Source: Eledone cirrhosa (Eukaryota). Taken from it: DNA of 64,000 nt. Below the pieces are notes generated by a model. It was not told the DNA's origin. It searched no databases and saw nothing but the letters and a program-made list of their open reading frames with translations. The translations under genes were made by a program, and so were the position numbers. Shown piece after piece: positions 37,590 through 51,529 of the stretch. How positions within the stretch are numbered: position 1 is the first letter of the stretch; every line of letters begins with the position of its first letter. The stretch covers positions 353,152,001-353,216,000 of the forward strand of contig OZ024743.1 in assembly GCA_964016885.1 (NCBI GenBank), given 5' to 3'.

Positions 37590-38150
37590 ATAATGATTTC
37601 TACTATAGGCACAAGGCCAACAATTTTGGGAAAGGGGAAGTTCATTACTGGTGCCTTGGCGGGATTTGAACTCAGACCATAAAGGGCCGTAACTCTATGC
37701 TGCAAAGCCTGGCGTCCAACCCTCAACCGATACTACCAAACCACCGCCTAGTAACTAATATAATTGTTTCTACTTTTTGCCACAAGGCCAGCAATTACTC
37801 AGTACATTACTGGTACTTTATTTTATCGACCCCGTAAGGATGAAAGGCAAAGCTAACCTCGGTGGTATTTGAACTCAGAACGTAAAGGGCCATAACACTG
37901 TGCTGCAAAGCATGGTGTCTGACGCTCGACCAATGCTGCCAATCCACCGCCTAGTAGCTAATATAATTGTTTCTACTTTTGGCACAAGGCCAGCAATTAT
38001 CCAGTGCATTACTGGTACTTTATTTTATCGACCCCGTAAGGATGAAAGGCAAAGTTAACCTTGGCGGGATTTGAACTCAGAATGGCAAGGACCGTAACTC
38101 TCTGCGTCAAAGCATGGCGTCCGACCCTCTACCGATACTGCCAATCCACC
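37590..38150 (-). mobile_element. Three head-to-tail SINE copies
   Basis: Units at about 37590-37750 (deleted), 37758-37951 and 37963-38150. Confidence 0.85.
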
Positions 38151-38931
38151 AACTAATATAATACACACAAAATAGCAGTGGATTATATAAATGAGCCTTC
38201 AGCTAGTCAACTAGTTCGAGTGTCATCTTAGTGTAGTGGTCAATGCAGTTGTCTGACATACAACAAATATGTGGTTCGATTTCCGATTAGGTACGCCCGA
38301 GAAAGAGCAAGATTCAATTTCAAAAGGTAAAAAATACAAATTGAAATTCAATAATGTTTATATTCCAACGCGTCTCCCTCACCATCCCCCCCCCCCGGGA
38401 AACGCCTTCCCTTTTCTGTCCACTGGGGCCACGGGGTGGCCAACTTGTGGTGCCCCATTTGCTTATAATAGTAAGAGATGAGGAGAGCGAGACAGACGGA
38501 GGCGGCGAGTAAATGATATCATACTTACTTTAAAGAGATGAATGTAATTCATTACAGCATTCGTATCTCCAGGTTATAGGGTCTTTAGCTTTGATGTTGT
38601 TGACTCCCTAACGTAAAGTTATAAGAAATCTGTAAAGAAAATTACAGAGAAAACAATGCAGGATATCTTTTCTAGTGTCAAACCTGCTTGACCTGGTCAT
38701 TAAAAAGCAATTCATGATTTTTTTTTAAATTGTCAAAGTGGGGAAACAACTAAGAATATTGCCAAAATATTGACTAATATTGGCTGAAGAAGTAGAAAGA
38801 ATTATTCTGTATTCTTATTTTGACTTATGCTCTGCTAATATGTATAAATTTTATAATTTAGGAAGAAAGGGTTTTTTTTACGTTTTCTAAAATGCATAGA
38901 TATATAAGATATATATATGTGTGTGTATGTA

Positions 38932-38990
<59 letters not shown>

Positions 38991-39407
38991 ATTGTCAAAG
39001 CTCTTTCGTCACTCATTCTGTGACCTCCTCAATGACTATACTTGTTACTCTGTGTCTTCTCTTTGTTCTATTTTACTCTCTCGTCCTTTTGAGATTTGTT
39101 TTATGATGGATTTGTTTTGGGGTATATTTCGATGTGTTTTGAAATGTGTCATGACAATTAACAAATAAACAACCAACCGGTTGCTAAAATACCGATGAAT
39201 GGATAAGCTACCGAAATAATAATAAACTGAGGTTGAAACTCAACTGGTGCGTGTGTTTTTATTGGCAGCATGACACTCCCAAAGTATAAATATATATATG
39301 TGTGTGTGCGTATTTAAAGAGTAAAGGTAAAGAGAAATAACAACACAATCGGTACAGTATATGGAAGGAATATATTAGGTTAACGCTTGAAATAGCAGGA
39401 AGAGTGT

Positions 39408-39445
39408 CTCTTAACGTTTCGCACACTAGTCCTTCATCAGAAGAA
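39408..39445 (-). ncRNA. Minimal hammerhead (relative at 32233-32270 +)
   Basis: rc: TTCTT-CTGATGA-A-GGAC(tagt)GTGC-GAAA-CGT-T-AAGAG. Confidence 0.7.
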
Positions 39446-39560
39446 AGAATGAGAAATTAGATAGATTGAAGGGACGGATGGGGTGGAATTGTAACAAATG
39501 TCTTTAGATAAAAATAACAAGTCCAACATTCATGTTGCCATTCATGCATCTCTTGGATAT

Positions 39561-39649
<89 letters not shown>

Positions 39650-39652
<3 letters not shown>

Positions 39653-40343
39653 CGGATTAACAAATAATAGTTAAATGCAGTCCACTTAGGTGAAGTCCAG
39701 TTATGGTATTCCAGGTAGTGGATGATATTAACGCTTGGCTTGGTTTGACTCAACAAGGCGTTTTCATAGTGATGCTGCGGGTATGCTGTAATTCCTATGT
39801 TGTAAACACTTGGAGTAATAATAAATCAGGAAAGAAGGTTTACATGGTTTGCTATACAAAAAAGTTTTTAATCACATAGCTTACATTTGTTTCACTGAAC
39901 TGGTATGTCTAGAGATCGCTATCCGCCTAATTTTGCGTCACTCGATCGCCAATACAGAATTATAACCAGTCAGATCTTCGGAGCATGCGAGAATGAAGAA
40001 AATACACAGGCAAGAAAATAAAAGAAAATATGGAGTAGTTATGGCATTCAATTAGAACAATAAACAACAACAATTATTACAACAATGCTATCAATAAACT
40101 ATTTAAGGAGACCCTGACATTACTTAGGTGGGGGGTATATAATGTATCTAATGTTACGGCGTGAAAACCAGCTGTCATAAGGCAAAAAGTATCGTAGTGT
40201 GTATCAATTTAAATTATAAAGATAAGCTAGTTTTTACAGTCTTTCTCTTCATCTTCAACCGTATACATGAGTGGGACCACTGTCAAAGCTCAATAGTTGT
40301 AGAGTTAATACAGAGGTTAACGAATTAATATACGCATATATCT

Positions 40344-40424
<81 letters not shown>

Positions 40425-41646
40425 AATATAAATACATATACACATATATGTGTACATAGACACATACATACACACTAATATACACTCGTACAAAAATATA
40501 CATACATGCAAAGAGAAAAGCGTGCTAATTGTAATATGGCAAAAAGAAGGTAAAGTAACATTGTAGTAGTGAAATGAGAAAAACTAGGATCTAGGATCAA
40601 ATGATTGCAGCAGCTGAGAAGGAGTAAGATTGTTGGTAGATGAGGTATTTACAGACTATTGTGTGGTATAGACTTGTGAAGGAAATAGTATACTTAATGA
40701 ATATATATTTTTTGTGGGTAGTAGGTATCCTAATTTAAAGCTATGTTATGTTGGTTCGATTCACGGAGGTTTGAATCTTATGAATTTAGTGGCTATTCTA
40801 TGCCTGCAGAAGATAGATCTTTCTAACTTATTATTAAGTAGTCTTTTAACATTTCTAAGGATATACAATAGCTCAAGATCACACAGCCCGCAATAGGACA
40901 TACCTGTACTATAGGTTTTAGCAGCCGACAACTTCGACCAGTTGATAGTGTAGCTAGCGTTGCTGTCCTTCAATTCCCATATTTTTCTGGCGAGGGTGGT
41001 GGAACCCATAAGAGCTCGGTTTTTCATCGAGTGCCTGTGCACATACCATCTTTTCTTAAAAGAACCCGCGGTGGATCCTATGTAATTCCAAGTGGAGTTA
41101 CCCGAGATGACAGTGCACATGTACACCAGGCTCGAATCGAGACATCTATTCGCCAATGGGCACCTATCTGGGAGGTGACAGTTGCAGTTTGAGGCGCTAT
41201 TATGTGCAGCTTTTACATTCCTATTTAGTACCCTGTTATAAGCTTATCTTTATAATTTAAAATTGATACACACTACGATACTTTTTGCCTTATGACAGCT
41301 GGTTTTCACGCCGTAACATTAGATACATTATATACCCCCCACCTAAGTAATGTCAGGGTCTCCTTAAATAGTTTATTGATAGCATTGTTGTAATAATTGT
41401 TGTTGTTTATTGTTCTAATTGAATGCCATAACTACTCCATATTTTCTTTTATTTTCTTGCCTGTGTATTTTCTTCATTCTCGCATGCTCCGAAGATCTGA
41501 CTGGTTATAATTCTGTATTGGCGATCGAGTGACGCAAAATTAGGCGGATAGCGATCTCTAGACATACCAGTTCAGTGAAACAAATGTAAGCTATGTGATT
41601 AAAAACTTTTTTGTATAGCAAACCATGTAAACCTTCTTTCCTGATT

Positions 41647-41650
<4 letters not shown>
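39650..41650 (-). mobile_element. 5'-truncated PLE (Naiad-like GIY-YIG) with about 410 bp inverted arm
   Basis: CNCHLPDRCPLANRC..YIGSTAGSFKKRWYVH..CGLCDLE; 39822-40230 is the reverse complement of 41240-41649. Confidence 0.9.
41483..41595 (+). ncRNA. Hammerhead with about 60 nt stem II loop (inverted copy 39875-39987)
   Basis: CATGCT-CCGAAGA-T-CTGACTGGT...ACCAGTTCAG-T-GAAA-CAAATG-TA-AGCTATG. Confidence 0.72.
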
Positions 41651-41720
<70 letters not shown>

Positions 41721-42948
41721 AACCAGTAAGACCCCGACAGCTGAGCTCAAGCCGTTTCGACGGCTAATTCTGGACTAAATGAAAATTTATCCTGGTATTT
41801 AAATAGCCGATCTTCTCAAGGGGTAATTCCATATATGGTCAAAGTGATTGTCAAAAATCAGTAGTAATTCTGTGGTTGCAAATTAGTAGGGGAGATGGTG
41901 GCTAAACCTGCCAGTAGGAGAAAGAGGGGAGGGGGTGGAGTAGACCCAATCAGGCGTTTGTATTGCCAGCTACAGCTGGGCATGAGGTCAAAGAAGATAC
42001 AGGGGAGGGGGAGGGGGAGGAAGTCGGAACGGTAGGTAGAACAATGGGGGGTAGAAATATATAGGAAAGAAAAAATACTGAGAGTGAAGAAAAGCAAATA
42101 AGTGTAAAGAAAAACAAATGAGTGTAAAGAAAAAAGTAAAGTAAATTAAATTCTACGACCTAGGTCTCTAGCTATTGTTAGGCTAGAATAAATAAATAAA
42201 TAAAGAAAGAAAGAAGTAAAGAAAGAAATAAAGAAATAACGAAATAAGTAAAAGAACTAGGTGGGACGGATAGGCGAGGACCCTTTTAAGAGGTATAAGT
42301 ACGTAAATGATACGGTGACGGGTCAACAAAAGGGGCCAAAATACTAAAGAGACTACCACGAAATAAACAATAAAGGTTTCCATCCCGGGCACAATTCCAG
42401 CAACCACCCAGTGCAGCAAAGTGAACTAATACGAGATAATAATTCTGAGTCCCGAGAAAAATATATACTAATGCTAACTCTAAAAGATCTAAAACAAGCT
42501 ACATGAAAGTTCGTACGAAGTAAAGGTAGAATACGGAAAAATAAGTTCAGAATCCACCCCGCCCAAAAGAAAAGCGAAGAAAGAAATACTGAAACGAAAA
42601 AATAAGGCATAAGTGCCACTAAGAAATATAGAGGGCACAGAGAATAGTGGGAGCGGTCGGAAAAAGGGGACAAGTATCCGGGGTCTAAACCAACTGCTAT
42701 AAAGGGCGGAGTCCGCCAAATCTATCCTAGACTAGGGGAGGGGGTGGGGGTACTAAGGCTACAAGGGGCCAAAGGGCAGCCTCGGGTGGGCGAGAAAAGA
42801 CGCCGACAAAGGAGAAGAGCTGGGGTAGAAGGACTAAGGAGAGAGGGGGAAGGAAGGAAATAAAGGAAGCGATAAAAGAATACAAAGAAGATCTTACGTC
42901 TCCCTTGGCAAGCAGGGGTTACCCATTGCAAAATCGGCAAGTGGGGTG

Positions 42949-44187
42949 TTATAGCCCTAGTCTACCCCCCCCCCCCCCCCCCCCCCCCCACACCCCCGGG
43001 TCATTATGGGGTTTGAGGGCGAGGTAAGTCCTACGCAATCTATGTTTACATGCAGTAACCAGTTCATCTTTCTTGTTTAGGAGTTGGTCCGTCGAAAACA
43101 GCATTTGTAAAGTTTCCTCCGAGCATAAATTGCACGGACGGCGTCCTCCCGTGTAAGAATTGGCTCTGGACAGTAATCTCCAAGTGAGATCATAGGTGAT
43201 GTTGTTGTCCTTGAGGTCCCATATGTGGCCCGAAAGTGTAGTGGCGTGACGCCGGGCCGGGTTTCGGAAGGTATGTCTATGTTGGTATAGCCGGGTCTTG
43301 AAGTCACATGCGGTAAGTCCTATATAGGCTTTGTTGGAGGTATCCGTCCTCACGTTGCACTGGTAGATCACATTACGGTCTCTGCATCTATTGTCGAGTG
43401 GGCAAATAGATCTATCCGGGCAGTTACACCTCCTGGTCGGTTCTCCACTGCTATTTAGGTTATTTCTGCCATCGGCGTTGAGTTTTTTGTTGTTAGAGGA
43501 GACGATGTTTTGTGCGAAGTTTGGTGTAGTGCTGTAAGAGAGTTTGATGGTATTTTTGTTAATTATGTTGTGGTAGCGGTGTTGTAATGGGAAGTGTTTT
43601 TCAATGAGCCTAAAGAATAGTTTCCCGATGGGAGTTGTCACCTCTGCGTTGTGGGGAGGATTGAACCATGTTACATTGCGTGAGCGGCGGTGTCTCCTGC
43701 TGGTTCCGCTAATGGGAGCTGGACAGTAGGATATTTCCTCCCGGAAACCACTCCGCTTGAGGGCCTGGTTGTAATAAGGCGCATGTTCATCGAATATCCG
43801 CTCATTAGCTGACAAACGGGATATGCGGAGGGAGATGTTTTTGACCAGGTTGTTTGTGATGTTCCTAGGATGGTTTGATCGGCGGTGGATGTAGTGCAGA
43901 TTGTCATTAGGTTTCCTGTATGGGTAGTACAGGTCGTTTTCGAGGTCGAGGGTCACGTCCAGGAAGTTTACTCTGGTCAGGGACGTTTGTAGGGTTATTT
44001 TAAATCCCCAGTCGCGGAAGAATCTGATTAATTGTTTCCGGACCCGATCTGTACTACTGGGGTTGTACCCTTTAAGGGTAAGGAGCCCATCATCACGGTA
44101 CAATCCACCACCGAATGCAGGAAACATATCAGTGAATTTGGCTATTAGGAATAATCCTATAAGATCTGTGACCTCCGCCGAATGCAC
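42949..44187 (-). CDS. PLE RT C-terminal half plus GIY-YIG endonuclease (5'-truncated; the start codon is created by the junction)
   Basis: SAEVTDLIG, GLYRDDGLL, VNFLDVTLDL, SNHP, WFNPP, CNCPDRSICPLDNRC, YIGLTACDFKTRLYQH, CNLCSEE. Confidence 0.88.
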   Translation of the reverse strand: MHSAEVTDLIGLFLIAKFTDMFPAFGGGLYRDDGLLTLKGYNPSSTDRVRKQLIRFFRDWGFKITLQTSLTRVNFLDVTLDLENDLYYPYRKPNDNLHYIHRRSNHPRNITNNLVKNISLRISRLSANERIFDEHAPYYNQALKRSGFREEISYCPAPISGTSRRHRRSRNVTWFNPPHNAEVTTPIGKLFFRLIEKHFPLQHRYHNIINKNTIKLSYSTTPNFAQNIVSSNNKKLNADGRNNLNSSGEPTRRCNCPDRSICPLDNRCRDRNVIYQCNVRTDTSNKAYIGLTACDFKTRLYQHRHTFRNPARRHATTLSGHIWDLKDNNITYDLTWRLLSRANSYTGGRRPCNLCSEETLQMLFSTDQLLNKKDELVTACKHRLRRTYLALKPHNDPGVWGGGGGGGGRLGL

Positions 44188-44782
44188 TGGGTGGTTGCTG
44201 GAATTGTGCCCGGGATGGAAACCTTTATTGTTTATTTCGTGGTAGTCTCTTTAGTATTTTGGCCCCTTTTGTTGACCCGTCACCGTATCATTTACGTACT
44301 TATACCTCTTAAAAGGGTCCTCGCCTATTCCGTCCCACCTAGTTCTTTTACTTATTTCGTTATTTCTTTATTTCTTTATTTCTTTCTTTACTTCTTTCTT
44401 TCTTTATTTATTTATTTATTCTAGCCTAACAATAGCTAGAGACCTAGGTCGTAGAATTTAATTTACTTTACTTTTTTCTTTACACTCATTTGTTTTTCTT
44501 TACACTTATTTGCTTTTCTTCACTCTCAGTATTTTTTCTTTCCTATATATTTCTACGCCCCATTGTTCTACCTACCGTTCCGACTTCCTCCCCCTCCCCC
44601 TCCCCTGTATCTTCTTTGACCTCATGCCCAGCTGTAGCTGGCACTACAAACGCCTGATTGGGTCTACTCCACCCCCTCCCCTCTTTCTCCTACTGGCAGG
44701 TTTAGCCACCATCTCCCCTACTAATTTGCAACCACAGAATTACTACTGATTTTTGACAATCACTTTGACCATATATGGAATT

Positions 44783-44876
44783 ACCCCTTGAGAAGATCGG
44801 CTATTTAAATACCAGGATAAATTTTCATTTAGTCCAGAATTAGCCGTCGAAACGGCTTGAGCTCAGCTGTCGGGGT
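44783..44876 (+). ncRNA. Hammerhead with U3-A8 core variant (inverted copy 41731-41824)
   Basis: ACCCC-TTGAGAA-GA(t)CGGCTA...TAGCCG-TC-GAAA-CGGCT(tgagctc)AGCTG-TC-GGGGT; GUC cleavage triplet. Confidence 0.8.
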
Positions 44877-44967
44877 CTTACTGGTTCCTATTACCCACTC
44901 TACTACCTCAAGTATTGAGTACTTTGGTGCGTTATGGTCCACCTGGTTCCTTACCACATTTCCTTCG

Positions 44968-45119
<152 letters not shown>

Positions 45120-45559
45120 ATCTACCAAAAGTTTACGGTAGTGTCCAATCCGTATGAAGAACTCAATGTAATCCGGATATCATGAAAAGAGAAGATGCAT
45201 TCAAAAACATTATTTCTGAAGACACCATATATATGTGTAGGTATGTATATTCCCTCTGATAGTTTGTCTAAATATTGTACATAGAATATGCATACCAACT
45301 CTAACACATATATATCCTAGAAACGATCGTAAAATGATGAATTTTTTTTTTTTAATATAAGGAACTGTTTCTTTGTTTATTCATTATTTTATTAATTTAT
45401 ATATATATATATATAATATTAATTAGAGTATGTGTGAGTTCATCACCGACACTTCAGTATGCAGAGTAGAGCATTCGACGAAGTACACAAATAGGTCTAT
45501 TTACTCCCGGGTATATTTATAAACATGAAGTACAAGTCAACAGGCTATAATTCACTTCG

Positions 45560-46440
45560 TTTATTCATAATAACCCAAGTTTAAATGTAGAATGAGCTGG
45601 TGGTCCTCCAGATTACAAGGCGGCTACTGTCAATGCAATATAGTTTTGTTCTCTAGACTTTGCTAACAACAGAGACGTCACAAATGTCTTCCCTGTACCT
45701 CTAGGGGAATCTAGAAAATAGAGACCTCCTTTGTTTTTCCTGGCATGATCTGACACAGTTTCATATACAAATCTCTGTTCAGGCAACAGCTTCGGATCAT
45801 TTTCTTGAACATAACCTTTCATTTTTTTATGTCATAGGACGTGTCTCTTAGAATTTCATGCGATAGCCAGTTCTTGTTAGTCCAAAAGTCTTCAAATCTT
45901 GACCGCCTATGTGGATGGTTTTACTTTCTATTTCAATCAATGCTTGCTGGTAAATTTCATCGGTGAATTGAATATTTAGGTTAAGATTAGATATTTCTGC
46001 TTGATATTTTATCTTTGTATTTTTCCTATAGATTGACTGGGCTGCTAACCTCACATGTTTTTATTAATACAGCAAATAATGGCCGGAGACTTGCAGGGCT
46101 TCGGGAAACACAGGCTTCTGACTTAGTGTCACCCACTGAGAATCATTCTTCAATACCCCTCTTCTTAAATAGGCCTCACTATACATTGAACAAATATGTC
46201 CATCAAATGTTCTGAGGTCTTGAAAAGATGTTGGTCCTTGAACAATGGGAAGTGAAATACGCAATTAGAAGCATTCACGCTGGTTAGGGTGATTTCCATA
46301 CATAGGGCCCAAAGTGTTGTCTAACTTTATCCCAAGCCATACTTCTACATCAGGCCAAGCTTTCTTCGGTTCCATTGTATATTCCATGTGTAGTAGGATG
46401 AGAGTTCGTTGTAGAATAAATGATCACATAGGTAATCAAT
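45560..46440 (-). pseudogene. Helitron RepHel (PIF1 helicase) relic
   Basis: LLPEQRFVY..GGLYFLDSPRGTGKTF (Walker A); VQGPTSFQDLRT..EAYLRRGVLKNDSQW; QRECF. Confidence 0.85.
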
Positions 46441-46449
46441 AATTTGATA

Positions 46450-46640
46450 ATTAATTGTTTCTACTTTTGACACAAGGCCAGCAATTATCCCAGTTATTAC
46501 TGGTACTTTATTTTATCGACCCCGTAAGGATGAAAGGCAAAGTTAACCTCGGCGGGATTTGAACTCAGACCGTAAATGGACGTAACTGTGTTGCAAAGCA
46601 TGGCGTCCGAACCTCTACCGATACTGCCAATCCCCCGCCC
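46450..46640 (-). mobile_element. Nin/Deu-domain tRNA SINE
   Basis: Same consensus. Confidence 0.85.
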
Positions 46641-46974
46641 GTGGATAATTAATAACCGTAAAATCCTTTGGATACAGATTTCTAAAAACAAAACCGTCTC
46701 TCATCTTTACTGACTTACCTGATAAATCAACAGAGAGAACTGGCAGGCGTGATTTATATACATATAGAGAGTGAGAGAGTAAGGTAAATACAGAGAGGGA
46801 AAGAGTAAACGCTAGAGAGAGGTATCATACACACATATACAAACATACATACTCAGTTAATCAAAAGTTGTGGATTCTAATGATATCCAATGTTAGACGC
46901 AACACACATAAACACCGCCACCCTCCCCCTAGTGAGGGGAAAATCATAAAAGACAGAGAGAGACAGGCAGATAA

Positions 46975-47265
46975 GGGTAAAATATACACATATAGATACA
47001 CACATATACAAATATACACACATGTACACATATATACATACATACATATACGCATATATACATATACAACATACACACATGTACACATATACACATATAC
47101 AACATACACACATATACAACATACACACATATACAAACACATATACACACACACATATACAAACATACACACATATACAACAAACACACATATACAACAT
47201 ACACATACACACATATACAACATACACACATATACAAGATACACACATATACAATATACACACAA
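46975..47265. repeat. CATATACAACATACACA-type minisatellite, continuing at 50690-50985
   Basis: About 17 bp degenerate units on both sides of the RTE insertion. Confidence 0.85.
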
Positions 47266-50200
47266 ATTGGTGCGGGGTAGAGAAGTCCCCTAAGTCCAGT
47301 AAGACAACCTCTCTAGTGCTGGTGGCACGACACGAATAAAAGCACCCAGTCCATGCTGTAAAAATGGAGGGGTGTATAGGGCCTCTGAGTCCAGTAAGAC
47401 AACTTCTCTAGTGCTGGTGGCACGAATAAAAGCACCCAGTCCATGCTGTAAAGTGGTGCTGGTGTTAGGAAGGGCATCCAACCAGTATATATACTACTGC
47501 CAAACACTATGAGCACAACAATTGAGAATTGCAACAACTGCGTCAATAGCAATAACACTAACCATATTAGGGCTGCGCACAGTAGTGGGGTGGTTGGTGC
47601 GGCCATGTGCGAGAACCCCCCGACCGTCATCAAGCAATCGCACTACCGGAAAAAGAACAAGAATATGAAGACGTCACGTCTCAGAGTTGCCACACTTAAT
47701 GTTGGCACTCTCACAGGTAGATCTGGTGAGATAGTGGAGATGCTGGAGAGAAGGCATGTGGATGTGTGCTGCGTGTAAGAGGTGAGATGGAGAGGTGCCT
47801 CTGCAAAACTAATCGCAGGCAAACATCGTAGTTATAAGCTTTTCTGGGTGGGTAATGATGATGGGTTAGGTGGGGTGGGCATATTTCTGGCTGAGAGGTG
47901 GATCGATAAGACAATAGAGGTAGTTAGAGTTAGTAATAGAATAATTAAGCTTAGATTAGTTGTAGGCAAGAGACTACTGACAATCATCTCTGCCTATGCT
48001 CCCCAGGCAAGCCTAGGTAAAGAAGAGAAAGACTGCTTTTACAAGCAACTTTTACAAACGGCCTCAATGACAGAGGACGGAGACATCGTTATGCTAGAAG
48101 GGGACTTCAATGGTCATGTTGGACAGCTCCAGGATGGTTACACTTGGGTACATGGTGGGCATGGTTACGGCTCAAGAAATGAAGGAGTGAGGCTTCTCGA
48201 ATTTTGTGATGCAAGTGCACTAACCATTTGCAACACTAACTTCCAGAAACCTGCCAACCACCTAATAACCTACAAATCAGGCGAGCACATAAGCCAGATT
48301 GATTTCTTGCTAATTAGGCAACGAGACAGACAGATGGTGTTAAATACCAAGGCATACCCCGGGGAAGAATGTACCCCACAGCATAGGTTAGTCGTTAGTG
48401 ATATTTCAGTAAGAATGAGACATACAGGAAGGTGTGAAAAAGAAAGTTCTGGAAGCTAAAAGACCTTTCACTAAAATACAAATTTAGGAAAGCCCTTCAA
48501 GATGTGTATGACGAAAAAGAAGACGGTTTGGAGTCGTATGACATAGATGATAACTGGAATTTCTTACGTAACAACTTACTGCAGGCTTCTGCTCCAACGA
48601 AACAGAGTGACCTGGTGGTGGAACAGCACGGTAGATAGGGCCATTAGAGACAAAAGACTAGCATGGAACGCTTGGAAAAATGGTGGGAGTAGAGAAGGAT
48701 ACACAGCCGCTAAGAGAGAAGCTAGACGTCAGATGTATTTAGCCCGCAGGGAGGCTGAGAGTAGGAGGTTTGCCAGTGTTCTGCGACGGGAAGATCAGAG
48801 ACGTGCGGTGTTCCGCATTGCAAGGCAGTGTCGGTGCAAATCAGGATGTTGTTGGAGATAAGTGTGTCCGGAATGATGCCGGTGTACTTAGTGTCACGAA
48901 TGATCAGAAAAGGGAGGCCTGGAAATGTCATTATGAGAGACTGATGAATGTGGAGAACGAATGGAAGAGAAAGAAATTACCCACAGTAGATCCGACAGAG
49001 GGACCAGCTATTGAGATTGACGAATATAGGGTACAAGAGGCGATTAAGGAAATGAAAAATGGTAAGGCCGCTGGACCGTCGGGGATAGTTGCTGAGATGC
49101 TGAAGGCATCAGGGGACATAAGCACTAAATTGGTTGCACGCATCATTAACCAGGCTATATATGGTGGCGTCATACCCAAAGACTGGTGCAGCAGTATTCT
49201 CATGAATTGCTACAAAGGTAAAGGGGATGGTCTGGAGAGGAGCAATTATAGGGGTATAAAGCTGATGGATCAGGTTATGAAAGTGGAAGAGAGAATATTA
49301 GCGCAACTGATTAGAGAAAGGGTCAAATTAGATGAGATGCAGTTTGGTTTTGTGCCTCGGAAAAGTACAACAGATGCCCTCTTCTTAGTGAGACAACTAC
49401 AAGAGAGGTTCTTAGAGAAGAATAAGCCCCTATACTTAACTTTTGTTGACCTAGAGAAGGCCTTTGATACGGTACCCCGATCTGTCATCTGGTGGTCCCT
49501 AAGGAAACTAGGTGTAGAGGAATGGTTTGTGAGGAAAGTGCAGGCTATGTACAGAGGGGCTGTCAGTAAAGTGAGAGTAGGAATGGAGTTTAGTGAGGAA
49601 TTCCAGATACAAGTAAGAGTGAATCAGGGTTCGGTCCTCAGTCCGCTCTTGTTCATTATAGTCCTCTTAGCCATAACAGAGGAGTTTAATACTGGCTGCC
49701 CATGGTAACTTCTCTATGCTGATGATCTGGTTCTTATAGCAGAATCAGTAGACGCGCTAGAGAATAAATTCTGGCTATGGAAACAGCAGTTAGAATTAAG
49801 ATGAGTGAGAGTGAACCTAGCTAAGACAAAAGTGTTGATGAGTAGAAAAGAAGACAAAACTGATTCCATCAGGGAAATGGCCATGTTCGATATGCAGAAA
49901 AGGAACTGGCATAAATTCTATAAAATGTACACAATGTAGATATTGGGTACACAAGAGATGTAGTGGGATAGCAGGCAAACTAACAGGTAGGGAGAAAAAT
50001 GTGTGCAGTAGATGTACAGGGAAATTAGACAGTAGAAGTTCAAATGCAGGTGGGTTCTATAGAAGTGGTTGATAGCTTCCGGTACCTAGGTGATCAGATT
50101 AGCATGGGGAGGGGTGATCCGAGGCCATAGTATCTAGAATAAGGACGGGTTGGAAGAAATTTAGGGAGCTGCTTCCTCTGCTGATGAAGAAGGGTTTCTC

Positions 50201-50689
50201 CCTGCGTACGAAAGGACGGTTATATGATGCCTGTGTGAGGTGCGTGATGCTGCATGGTAGTGAGACATGGGCAGCAACTGCAGAGGATATGCGACGGCTG
50301 CAGAGAAATCAAGCAAGCATGCTCCGTTGGATGTGTAATGTCAATGTGCGTGAACGACCGAGCATGGATGTGTTGAGAGAGAAACTGTGTCTGAGAGGGA
50401 TAAGTTAAGTGTGCAGGAGAGAAGACTGCGATGGTATGGACATGTGATGCACATGGAGGATGACCACTGGGTAAAGAAGTGCCAGGAAATGCCAGTGGAA
50501 GGAAGACGTAGTAGAGGAAGACCATGAAAAGCATGGGCGGAGGTGGTGAGAGCAGCCCTCAGATCGCTGAAGCTCACGGTGGAGATGACGAAAGACCGTG
50601 ACAAGTGGAGAGATGCTATGCTGAATAGGACTCGTCCCACCCTTGCGAGCAGGAAAAAGCGGACGTAAAATGCTGATGATGATGATGAT
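47266..50689 (+). mobile_element. Full-length decayed RTE-clade LINE (APE endonuclease plus RT)
   Basis: ATLNVGTL, V*EVRW, SAYAPQ, GDFNGHVG, QIDFLL, QHRLV; KGKGD..NYRGIKL, MQFGF, FVDLEKAFD, QGSVLSPLLF, LYADDLVL; (GAT)n tail; probable diverged TSD tacacacatatacaatataca at 47240 and 50697. Confidence 0.93.
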
Positions 50690-51529
50690 ACAAACGTACA
50701 CACATATACAATATACAGACATATACAACATACACACATATACAACATACACAAGCACACATATACAACACACACACATATACAACATATACGCATATAT
50801 AACATACACATGCAAACAGACACACATATACAACATACACACATATACAACATACACACATATACAACATACACACATATATAAACACACACACATATAC
50901 GCATACACACATATACAAACACACACACACATATACAACACACATATACAAACATATACACATATACAAACATACACACACACATGTAATCAACAGCTTT
51001 TGATAACTAATAACCGTAAAACATTCTCCTTGGGGTGCAGATTTCGAAAATCAAAACAGACCCTCCCCTTCACTGGAACTGGCACGTATGATTTATATAT
51101 AGAGAGATATATAGCGAGGGGGAAAGCGTAAAAGACAGATAGAGAGAGGTAACATACACACATATACAAACATAGATACACAAATATATACATACACTTT
51201 CATTTATAGTATAGAAGATATAGAAAGAGAGTGAGAGAGTGTTGTAAAGATATATATAGAGAGGGAAAGTGTAAAATACAGAGAGAGACCGATAGAAAAA
51301 CTTAAAAGACATAGACAGATTGATATATAGAGAGAGAGATTCTGACAGTTGTGGAGATAAATGATATTCAATATTGGTGATCTTGAAGTTGATTTATATC
51401 TCGTAGCAATTACATTTTTGATAAGTAACAACCCTTAAACATTCTCCTTGGGACGCAGATTTCGTTTGCGAGCCTTTGGAAGACATACACAAATACACAC
51501 ATTCACTCTCATTTATAGTATAGATATGT

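Noticed and set aside
38220-38298. tRNA gene (Val-like: tagtgtagtggt...ggttcgatttcc)
   Set aside because: A and B boxes are present but the acceptor and anticodon stems do not pair well; probably a tRNA pseudogene or SINE head
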